Origin: an uncultured Rickettsiales bacterium
Lineage (GTDB): Bacteria > Pseudomonadota > Alphaproteobacteria > Rickettsiales > SXRF01
Length of the DNA stretch: 61,423 nt
Direction: 5' to 3'
Assembly (NCBI GenBank): GCA_964624555.1
Contig: CAZUXB010000001.1
Coordinates: forward strand, 1-61,423
A program made the position numbers and the translations under genes. Shown piece after piece: positions 27,185 to 34,761 of this stretch. The notes below the pieces were generated by a model that was not told the origin of the DNA, ran no database searches, and worked only from the letters and a program-made list of their open reading frames with translations. Within the stretch, counting starts at the first letter, position 1, and the number at the start of each line of letters is the position of its first letter.

Positions 27185-27250
27185 ATTACTTAGTTACTTG
27201 TTACCAGTTGCCAGTGTTATATAACCGGTAACTAGTATCCAGTAACTAAT
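27185..27250. repeat. Short-period hairpin element in the nuoA/queG divergent intergenic region
   Basis: Left arm ..CTTAGTTAC TTGTTAC CAGTTGC CAGTG. Reverse complement of the right arm is ATTAGTTAC TGGATAC TAGTTAC CGG. Pairing needs register slips and is the weakest in the family. Confidence 0.55.
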
Positions 27251-27260
27251 AGCTTTTTTC

Positions 27261-28313
27261 ATGTCTGATGCAATAAAAAAATTGATAATTTCCAAGGCAA
27301 AAGCGGTTGGTTTTGACACGGTTGGCTTCTGCGCCGCCGAGTTACCTCTGGAAACCTCGGAAAACCTGCATAATTTCCTGAACCAGGGCTACCACGGCGA
27401 TATGGGTTGGCTCAAAGACCGCGCCGAGCTGCGCGCAAACCCTGGGAGCCTGTGGCCGGAAGCGAAGTCGGTGATCATGCTCGGGCATAATTACGCGCCG
27501 CCGCAAAACCCGCTGGAAAAACTGGCGGAAAAAACTATCGGCAATATATCCTGCTACGCCCAGAATGAAGATTATCACGATGTCATCAAGAAAAAACTCA
27601 AGGAACTGGCGGGTTTCATAGCGACAGAATATAACTGCGAGGTGAAGGTATTTGTCGATACCGCGCCGGTCATGGAAAAACCTCTGGCCGCCCTGTCAGG
27701 CATAGGCTGGCAAGGCAAACACACCTGCATGGTCAGCCGCGAATTCGGTGCGTGGTTGTTCCTTGGCGCGATATTTACGACACTCCCCCTCCCTAGCCCT
27801 CCCCCGCAAGCGGGAGAGGGAATTGATCATTGTGGTTCCTGCACAAAATGCTTGGACATCTGCCCAACGGGTGCTTTTACAGCGGAACGCCAGATTGATG
27901 CGCGCAGGTGCATATCCTATCTCACCATTGAACATAAAGGACAGATAGATGTGGAATACCGCAAAGCCATTGGCAACCGTATTTACGGCTGCGACGACTG
28001 CCTCGCCATCTGCCCGTGGAATAAATTTGCGCAAACCGCGCAGGAAGCAGCCTATCACGCACGTAGCGAACTTAAGTCCCCTGCCCTGCACAATTTAGTC
28101 ACACTTGACGATGCCGCTTTCCGCACCATGTTCCGCAAGTCGCCGGTAAAGCGCATCGGTCGCGATCGCTTCATCCGCAACGTACTGATAGCGGTTGGTA
28201 ACAGTGAAGATATATCGCTAATTCCAATAATTATCCCTCTACTTAACGATAATTCAGCGCTGGTTTCAGAAATGGCTGATTGGGCACTAAAACAGCTTGA
28301 TGGCCACGCTTAA
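27261..28313 (+). CDS. queG: Epoxyqueuosine reductase
   Basis: 350 aa. Fe-S motifs CGSCTKCLDICPTGA and CDDCLAICPWNKF. HEAT-like C-terminus. Confidence 0.9.
   Translation: MSDAIKKLIISKAKAVGFDTVGFCAAELPLETSENLHNFLNQGYHGDMGWLKDRAELRANPGSLWPEAKSVIMLGHNYAPPQNPLEKLAEKTIGNISCYAQNEDYHDVIKKKLKELAGFIATEYNCEVKVFVDTAPVMEKPLAALSGIGWQGKHTCMVSREFGAWLFLGAIFTTLPLPSPPPQAGEGIDHCGSCTKCLDICPTGAFTAERQIDARRCISYLTIEHKGQIDVEYRKAIGNRIYGCDDCLAICPWNKFAQTAQEAAYHARSELKSPALHNLVTLDDAAFRTMFRKSPVKRIGRDRFIRNVLIAVGNSEDISLIPIIIPLLNDNSALVSEMADWALKQLDGHA
27785..27822. repeat. CCCTCCC/GGGAGGG-type repeat half-element, in frame inside queG
   Basis: CCCTCCCTAGCCCTCCCC-CGCAAGC-GGGAGAGGGAA closely matches CCCTCCCTAACCCTCCCC-ACTACGT-GGAGAGGGAA at 21658-21695. 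Translated as PLPSPPPQAGEG. Confidence 0.8.
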
Positions 28314-28943
28314 TCCCTCTTTAGTGGGGATTATCGTTGCGTTATATTTGCTTTTATCGGCGAGCCTCTCATTGAATTTGCGCATATTCGCCCAGGTGGT
28401 GGGGGCATAGTCTTTTGGTGGCGAGGCTTCAAACACCACACCACCAATGAAGCTGTTATCAGCCACGATAAGCCCGCCTTTGCGCACATTTTTTTCTGCC
28501 CAGTCAAGATAATCCACATAGCTTATTTTATCGGCATCAATGAACACCATATCGAACTGGGCTTTGGCCGAGAGCGTGGGCAACACATTATGCGCATTGC
28601 CCTCAAGCTGGGTGATTTTATCAGTGCATTCGCACCGAGCGAAAAAACCGGCGGCCATCTGCACATGCGCCGGGTCTTTGTTGATGGTGTATATATGCCC
28701 ATCCTTAGGCAGCGCCCGCGCCATCCAGATGGTGGAATAGCCTGCTAAAGTTCCAATTTCCACGATATTCTTCGCGTTATGCAGGGCGATGAGAAGCTGC
28801 AACATGCGCCCCTCCTCCGCACCGATTTGTATGGCGATGTTACGCCGTTCCAGTTCCGTAACAATGCTTTCTAGCAAGGCATCTTGCGTAGCGTAAAGGT
28901 TGCGGATATATTCGATGGCAGGAGTGGGAGTATTACGGGACAT
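28287..28943 (-). CDS. Class I SAM-dependent O-methyltransferase (caffeoyl-CoA OMT-like)
   Basis: 218 aa. Motifs VEIGTLAGYSTIWMA and FDMVFIDADK. 27-nt convergent overlap with queG. Confidence 0.85.
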   Translation of the reverse strand: MSRNTPTPAIEYIRNLYATQDALLESIVTELERRNIAIQIGAEEGRMLQLLIALHNAKNIVEIGTLAGYSTIWMARALPKDGHIYTINKDPAHVQMAAGFFARCECTDKITQLEGNAHNVLPTLSAKAQFDMVFIDADKISYVDYLDWAEKNVRKGGLIVADNSFIGGVVFEASPPKDYAPTTWANMRKFNERLADKSKYNATIIPTKEGLSVAIKLF

Positions 28944-28948
28944 ACGTT

Positions 28949-29060
28949 AGATGACGAGATTACAAGATGATAAGATGACGAGATTATTAATAGTATATTT
29001 TAAAGAAAAAACACCTATAATTTACTCATTATGTCTAGTCATCCTGTCATCTCGTCATCC
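28949..29060. repeat. Inverted repeat of 8-nt units bracketing the OMT/recJ divergent control region
   Basis: AGATGACGAGATTACAAGATGATAAGA (28949-28975) matches the reverse complement of 29034-29060 (GGATGACGAGATGACAGGATGACTAGA) at about 22/27. AGATGACGAGATTA also occurs twice in direct orientation. Confidence 0.8.
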
Positions 29061-30809
29061 AGTCAGCCGCTTTCCGCGACTGGTCGCCTGTGGCAACTGC
29101 GCGAAGTCGATGAACGACTTGTTGCCGCTATCGCCCGCGAACATGAGTTGCCGGAAATAATCGCACGGGTGCTGGTAGCGCGTGGGATTGACAGCGAAAA
29201 TGTCGAGGATTTTTTACACCCGACCTTACGTAGCGCATTGCCCGATCCATCGCATCTACTGGATATGGACAAAGGCGTGAAACGCATCGCCGATGCGATA
29301 ATTAAAAAGGAAAAGATCGCGATATTCGGTGATTACGATGTGGACGGGGCGACCTCCGCCGCCCTCCTTGCCCGCTATTTCCGGACGGTTGGTGTAAATC
29401 CGGTTTTATATATTCCCGACCGCATGAAGGAAGGTTACGGCCCCAACACCAAGGCGCTGCTGGAATTGCGCAAGCAAGGTGTAAGTGTGGCCATCACCGT
29501 GGATTGCGGCACGCTGGCGTTTGAACCTCTCGCCGAAGCAAAAAAAGCTGGCCTTGACATGATCGTGGTTGACCACCATCTCGGCGAAGCGAAAAAGCCG
29601 GAAGCGGTTGCTATAATAAATCCTAACCGCCTTGACGAAACATCGCAACACCCGCAACTGGCAGCCGTTGGCGTTGCGTTTTTGCTTTTAATCGCCATAA
29701 ATCGTGAGCTAAGAAATCGCCACTTTTTTACCAGCTTACCGGAGCCGGGTATAATGGAATGGCTGGATATTGTGGCTCTGGGAACAATTTGCGATGTAGT
29801 GCCGCTAACCGGTGTCAACCGCGCACTTGTTGCACAAGGTTTAAAAATCATGGCAGGCAGGCGCAACGTAGGAATTGCAACCGTGCTTGATATGGCGAAG
29901 TCGGAAGAAAAACCCAATGTCTATAGCTGCGGATTCATCATCGGCCCGCGCATCAATGCCGGTGGGCGTGTTGGCAAATCGGATCTGGGAGTCAGGTTGC
30001 TTTCCACCGAAGACCCAGAAGAAGCAAAAAATTTAGCAACGGAACTGGAACAATATAACGCCGAGCGCAAAGCCATAGAGGCGATGGTTCTGGAACAGGC
30101 GATGAGCAAAGCCGAAAGCATGGAGGAGAATCTACCGCTGCTGGTTGTCGCTGGACAAGGCTGGCACCCGGGCGTTATCGGTATTGTAGCAGGGCGCTTG
30201 AAAGACAGGTTCCACAAACCGGTAGCGGTGGTTGCGGTGAATGATGGTGTGGGTAAGGCCTCGGCACGCTCGGTAACCGGGGTTGACCTAGGGGCAGCGG
30301 TTATCGCCGCGCTCGAAGAAGGATTGCTGGTAGCCGGTGGTGGACACGCAATGGCAGCAGGATTTACCGTGGAGGAAGGAAAAATTCCAGCACTCACCGA
30401 GTTCCTCAAAACAAAAATGGACGCAAGCATCCAGCAGATAAACGTGCAGAAAAAATTCATGCTTGATGGAGTGGTGAGTATCGGCGGCGCGAATGTGGAA
30501 CTGCTCGCTCATATGGAAAAGCTCGCACCGTTCGGGCAGGCCAACCCTAATTTGCGCCTATGGATTAAACAGGTGGTGAATCTGCGCTCGGATATTGTCG
30601 GCGAGAACCACATAAAAACCCTGCTCATCGACAAGGTGAGCAATACCAAACTCTCCGCGATATCGTTCCGCAGTGTGGGCACAAAACTCGGCGACGCGCT
30701 GCTTGCATCCTACGGCAAAACCATCGACGTGGCCGGGCAACTGCGCCTCAATGAATGGAATGGAAAACAAAGTGTGGATTTGACTATCGAGGATGTGGTA
30801 ATTGCGTAA
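29031..30809 (+). CDS. recJ: Single-stranded-DNA-specific exonuclease RecJ
   Basis: 592 aa. DHH motifs IFGDYDVDGATS, VDCG, VVDHH, and DHHA1 motif GGGHAMAAG. Confidence 0.93.
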   Translation: MSSHPVISSSSQPLSATGRLWQLREVDERLVAAIAREHELPEIIARVLVARGIDSENVEDFLHPTLRSALPDPSHLLDMDKGVKRIADAIIKKEKIAIFGDYDVDGATSAALLARYFRTVGVNPVLYIPDRMKEGYGPNTKALLELRKQGVSVAITVDCGTLAFEPLAEAKKAGLDMIVVDHHLGEAKKPEAVAIINPNRLDETSQHPQLAAVGVAFLLLIAINRELRNRHFFTSLPEPGIMEWLDIVALGTICDVVPLTGVNRALVAQGLKIMAGRRNVGIATVLDMAKSEEKPNVYSCGFIIGPRINAGGRVGKSDLGVRLLSTEDPEEAKNLATELEQYNAERKAIEAMVLEQAMSKAESMEENLPLLVVAGQGWHPGVIGIVAGRLKDRFHKPVAVVAVNDGVGKASARSVTGVDLGAAVIAALEEGLLVAGGGHAMAAGFTVEEGKIPALTEFLKTKMDASIQQINVQKKFMLDGVVSIGGANVELLAHMEKLAPFGQANPNLRLWIKQVVNLRSDIVGENHIKTLLIDKVSNTKLSAISFRSVGTKLGDALLASYGKTIDVAGQLRLNEWNGKQSVDLTIEDVVIA

Positions 30810-31230
30810 GACGTAAATCGTAAGACGTATTAAGAATCTTTTTCCGTTAAAGAATTTCTTAAGCGATAAAGCATACGGCTGATATCTTCTGCCAAGTTAA
30901 GCATCTCCTGATAAATATTTTCAGCCATATAATTGCGTTGATATGCTAAAATGATCTGCGTCTCCAGCTCTGCCAGAGAGCCGTGCGCAATTTCACAGAA
31001 ACGCCTATAATCGGCTTTACTGCCACGAATACTTCCTTCAGCTATATTTGATGCAATAGACACAGCCGCCCCTTGCATCTGATTAGCCAGTGCATAAACT
31101 TCATTTTTGGGGAACTGTGACGTAGCATCGTAAATTTTATTAGCAAGCAGAATGGCTTTATTCCAGACATCGAGTTGCCGATAATTTTTAAAAGCCATAT
31201 TTTAGCCGCCTTACGTCTTACGATTTACGT
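30806..31230. repeat. Inverted-repeat-bounded cassette carrying a four-helix-bundle gene (cassette 2)
   Basis: Left arm is GTAAGAC GTAAATC GTAAGAC GTA (30806-30829). ACGTAAATCGTAAGACGTA is the perfect 19-nt reverse complement of TACGTCTTACGATTTACGT in the right arm (31210-31230). Confidence 0.9.
30830..31198 (-). CDS. Four-helix-bundle protein, 23S rRNA intervening-sequence protein family (Avd-like)
   Basis: 122 aa. Motifs YRQLDVWNKA, FPKNEVYALANQMQGAAVSIASNIAEGS, GSLAELETQIILA. I estimate roughly one third identity to the 24144-24551 protein. Confidence 0.85.
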   Translation of the reverse strand: MAFKNYRQLDVWNKAILLANKIYDATSQFPKNEVYALANQMQGAAVSIASNIAEGSIRGSKADYRRFCEIAHGSLAELETQIILAYQRNYMAENIYQEMLNLAEDISRMLYRLRNSLTEKDS

Positions 31231-31240
31231 TCTACATCCC

Positions 31241-32026
31241 TTACTGCGCTGTCCAGCCGCCATCCATGGTGATGATCTCACCGGTCATGGAATCGCCGTT
31301 ATCACCACAGAGGAACGCGATCATCGCGCCGATATTTTCTGGCTTGATAAAACGCTTGTTAGGCTGTTTTTCACCGAGAAGCCTGGCGGTTGATTCCTCA
31401 ACGCTGATATTCTGGGCTTTGGCTTTGTCTTCAATTTGCTTCTGCACCAACGGCGTGTGTACCCAGCCCGGGCAGATGGCATTGCAGGTAATGCCCGACT
31501 CCGCCGTTTCCAGCGCCACCACCTTGGTCATACCCACGATGCCATGTTTTGCAGCAACATAGGCTACCTTGTTAGTGGAAGCGACGAGGCCATGCACCGA
31601 GGCGATGTTTATGATGCGCCCGAATTTATTTTTACGCATCACCGGTATCGCCGCTTTGCTGGCGTGGAAGGCTGCAGAAAGGTTGATGGCGATGATAGAA
31701 TCCCATTTATCTTCGGGGAATTCCTCCACCGCAGCGGTAAACTGGATACCGGCGTTATTGACCAGAATATCCACGCTGCCGAGCTTGCTTTCGCAATCAG
31801 AGACCATCTGTTTGATGTCGGCGGGCTTGCTCATATCGGCACCATTATAAAACACTTTCACACCGTATTTCTGGGCAAGATTGTCGACTTCGGCATCTAT
31901 CGCCGCCTTGTCGCCCATGCCGTTCACCAGTATGTTGCAGCCTTCACCCGCCAGTACGTTGGCAATGGCGAGCCCTATGCCGCTGGTTGAACCGGTAACG
32001 ATCGCGTTTTTTCCTTTAAGTGCCAT
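31241..32026 (-). CDS. bdhA: 3-hydroxybutyrate dehydrogenase (SDR family)
   Basis: 261 aa. Motifs TGSTSGIGLAIA, NNAGIQ, S...YVAAKHG. The substrate assignment rests on overall resemblance only. Confidence 0.75.
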   Translation of the reverse strand: MALKGKNAIVTGSTSGIGLAIANVLAGEGCNILVNGMGDKAAIDAEVDNLAQKYGVKVFYNGADMSKPADIKQMVSDCESKLGSVDILVNNAGIQFTAAVEEFPEDKWDSIIAINLSAAFHASKAAIPVMRKNKFGRIINIASVHGLVASTNKVAYVAAKHGIVGMTKVVALETAESGITCNAICPGWVHTPLVQKQIEDKAKAQNISVEESTARLLGEKQPNKRFIKPENIGAMIAFLCGDNGDSMTGEIITMDGGWTAQ

Positions 32027-32132
32027 GGTAGTGCCTCCTTACGTTGGTTTTACTTTTCACATTAATATATACATGCCGGGTTTGTGTCCAGTATAGTATC
32101 CGGACATATAGACTTAAACACCTAATGAAACC

Positions 32133-33035
32133 ATGCGTATTTACATTTTATCATGCCTATGCTTACTAATATTTGCCAGCACGGCAAAAGCAGAAACCTA
32201 TGAAATAAATGGCGACGTGACAGGTAAAATCCAGCATTATGTCGTAAAGAAAAAAGATAACCTGTATTGGATAGCCCGCCATTTTGATATTGGTATTGTC
32301 GAACTTTTGTCAGCCAATCCCAAAGTGAATGTTTGGAAACCCAAGGAAGGCACTAAATTAATTATCCCCACCATGTATGTTCTTCCGGAAACAACGCATG
32401 AAAATATTGTTGTAAATCTTTCAGAATTACGCCTGTTCTATTTTACGGATGACGGCAAGGTTATGACATTTCCAATCGCCATCGGACGGGAAGACTGGGA
32501 AACACAACAGGGAACAACAATAATTACCAGCAAACGTGAGCACCCAACCTGGACACCGCCTGACTCTATCCGGGAGGAGAACCCGGAGTTACCTGATATA
32601 GTACCGGCGGGAAAGGATAACCCGCTGGGTGACTATGCCATGCATCTGGGCTGGCCGAATTACGTTATCCACGGCACCAATAAACCATATAGCGTAGGGA
32701 AACGTTCAAGCCACGGCTGTATCCGCCTTTACCCCGAAGATATCGAGAAATTATTTGCGGCGGTAAAAACCGGGACAAAAGTTACGGTAATTGATACACC
32801 CTATAAACTCGGCTGGCAGGGCGATAATTTATTCCTGGAAGTTATGCCAAACCAGCGCCAATCAGATATTGTAGCCAGATCCCAAATACCGCCACCGCTT
32901 GCTATTCCTGAAATCCATGCGGCGGTTATTAAACAATCTGCAGAAAACGTGATTATAGACTGGCACGCAGTGGATGAACTAATACAAAAAAGGAGTGGTG
33001 TACCGGCGGTAATTGCCTCGAAAAACAACTTTTAG
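32133..33035 (+). CDS. L,D-transpeptidase with N-terminal LysM domain
   Basis: 300 aa with a signal peptide. LysM-like YVVKKKDNLYWIARHF. YkuD catalytic motif IHGTNKPYSVGKRSSHGCIRL. Confidence 0.85.
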   Translation: MRIYILSCLCLLIFASTAKAETYEINGDVTGKIQHYVVKKKDNLYWIARHFDIGIVELLSANPKVNVWKPKEGTKLIIPTMYVLPETTHENIVVNLSELRLFYFTDDGKVMTFPIAIGREDWETQQGTTIITSKREHPTWTPPDSIREENPELPDIVPAGKDNPLGDYAMHLGWPNYVIHGTNKPYSVGKRSSHGCIRLYPEDIEKLFAAVKTGTKVTVIDTPYKLGWQGDNLFLEVMPNQRQSDIVARSQIPPPLAIPEIHAAVIKQSAENVIIDWHAVDELIQKRSGVPAVIASKNNF

Positions 33036-33047
33036 GGCGTTTTTGCT

Positions 33048-33347
33048 CTAGGTGCAATCCATACCACCGGCGCTTATATTACTGACCATTATACTGGCCT
33101 CCATAACCAGTGCACCACCAGCAATATGAATAATCGCTATTCCCCATGTCATCTTATTAAGTAGCGCGGCCACAGCCACTACCAACATACCTATAGTAAC
33201 CAGTGCCTTACCAGTCTTTCCGCTCATCCAGCCAACTGCATTGCATAACGAGTCACCGATAACCTCATTAGTTGCAAAACCAGCGCTGGGAAGCAACAAA
33301 GCAAATACTACAGCAAAGATAAATACTGGTAACAATTTTGTTGGCAT
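33048..33347 (-). CDS. TrbC/VirB2-family type IV secretion pilin-like protein
   Basis: 99 aa. Signal peptide ending AGFA-TNE, then two hydrophobic helices around a KTGKA loop (LCNAVGWMSGKTGKALVTIGMLVVAVAAL). Confidence 0.6.
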   Translation of the reverse strand: MPTKLLPVFIFAVVFALLLPSAGFATNEVIGDSLCNAVGWMSGKTGKALVTIGMLVVAVAALLNKMTWGIAIIHIAGGALVMEASIMVSNISAGGMDCT

Positions 33348-33463
33348 TCTTATTTTTCTTTCAAATACATAAATATTTCACAATAATACTTTAACTTTTT
33401 TAATAACAAAATAAAAGTGAAAATTTGATAACAAAATACATGATACCAATCCAACCGATTGAT

Positions 33464-34759
33464 TTATATAGCTATATGCAGTAATTTCGAGAGATCGTTA
33501 AGAAATTCCTGACCATTTTTATATAGCTCTGGATTGCGCAGCCCTTGCGGTATAAGGCTTTGTGGGTAATATTTCTCTATCAACCCCTCCAGAATGATGA
33601 GCATTTTTTCATTAAATAACACCCTGGTATTATTGTTTAGCGCAGAAACTTGCCCATAGGTCATGGGAACACGCAAGCGCAGGCAGGCCGGTCCGCCACC
33701 ATTTTGCATACTTTCCCTGAGGTCGATATAGGATATTTCATCAATAGCTGTGTCACCGACTGCGCAAATTTTCTCCATGAGCTTTGCCGCCTTGCCATTA
33801 TACAAGGTTTTAAGTTCCGTGGGGGCGAGTATTGCCATTTTACCGTCTGGCCGGGTTACTATCTGGCTGTTAAATAAATAACAACCTACCGCCTCCTCAA
33901 CTGTTAATTCATCATCGGAAACAACCACTAATTGCAAATTATTACCCGGATATAATTTTGTATAGGCTTCGCTGATACGATCAATATCAGCCATACCATT
34001 TTTGTAAGCACGGGCATGGAGCAAAAGCAGGTTTTCATTGCCAACGGCAATAACATCGTTATGGAATACCCCTTTGTTTATTACCCCAGGGTTCTGTTCC
34101 AAAAATAAAATCCGGTCTTGGGGGATATTATGTTTTTTTGCCAGCTCTTGCGATGCTGCCAGATTTTGCCTCTTGCCATAGACAAACACATTCAGGCCAG
34201 CCATATCATGGCATGGTGATAGGCGCATGTGATTGGCCGCCCCTTCATCCAGAAACCCCTGTTCAAACTGTAGCGGGGCATGAATAACAGTATCAGGTAC
34301 ACCAGCAAATATTTGTTTTATTATGTTATAAGTTGCCTGTGCCTCTATCCGCCGGTGCTGGTTGGTATGCAGGTTGGCAATGGTTATATGGAGATTTCCA
34401 TCGTTACTGTCCATTACCGGAGTTACCGTTGCAGCATTTGCCGCCCACATGAATGATGAGGACGAGGCTTTTTCCAATATCTCAAGCGGGGCATTATCCA
34501 GCGTAAATCCGGCTTCGTCCAAGGCTGGAAGGTATGTCCGCAACTGCGGCGGCAGGATACCTACTACAATTCCAAGGGAAAGCAAATAGCGCACCATAGC
34601 AATAACTTGCAAAGCCGCCTGCCTTGGACTAGATTCCCTACCACGATTCTGGTCAGAGGCTATATTATCCGGTGACAGTCCGCCATAATGATGAGTAAGC
34701 CCCGGCAGGCCAACAAATATAACTTCTTGGACAGATTTATTTTTAGGGTTAACATACAT
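33464..34759 (-). CDS. astB: N-succinylarginine dihydrolase
   Basis: 431 aa. Motifs GLPGLTHHYGGLS, WAANAATV, DEGAANHMRL, GVFHNDVIAV, DLRESMQNGGGPACLRLRV. Confidence 0.88.
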   Translation of the reverse strand: MYVNPKNKSVQEVIFVGLPGLTHHYGGLSPDNIASDQNRGRESSPRQAALQVIAMVRYLLSLGIVVGILPPQLRTYLPALDEAGFTLDNAPLEILEKASSSSFMWAANAATVTPVMDSNDGNLHITIANLHTNQHRRIEAQATYNIIKQIFAGVPDTVIHAPLQFEQGFLDEGAANHMRLSPCHDMAGLNVFVYGKRQNLAASQELAKKHNIPQDRILFLEQNPGVINKGVFHNDVIAVGNENLLLLHARAYKNGMADIDRISEAYTKLYPGNNLQLVVVSDDELTVEEAVGCYLFNSQIVTRPDGKMAILAPTELKTLYNGKAAKLMEKICAVGDTAIDEISYIDLRESMQNGGGPACLRLRVPMTYGQVSALNNNTRVLFNEKMLIILEGLIEKYYPQSLIPQGLRNPELYKNGQEFLNDLSKLLHIAI

Positions 34760-34761
34760 AA

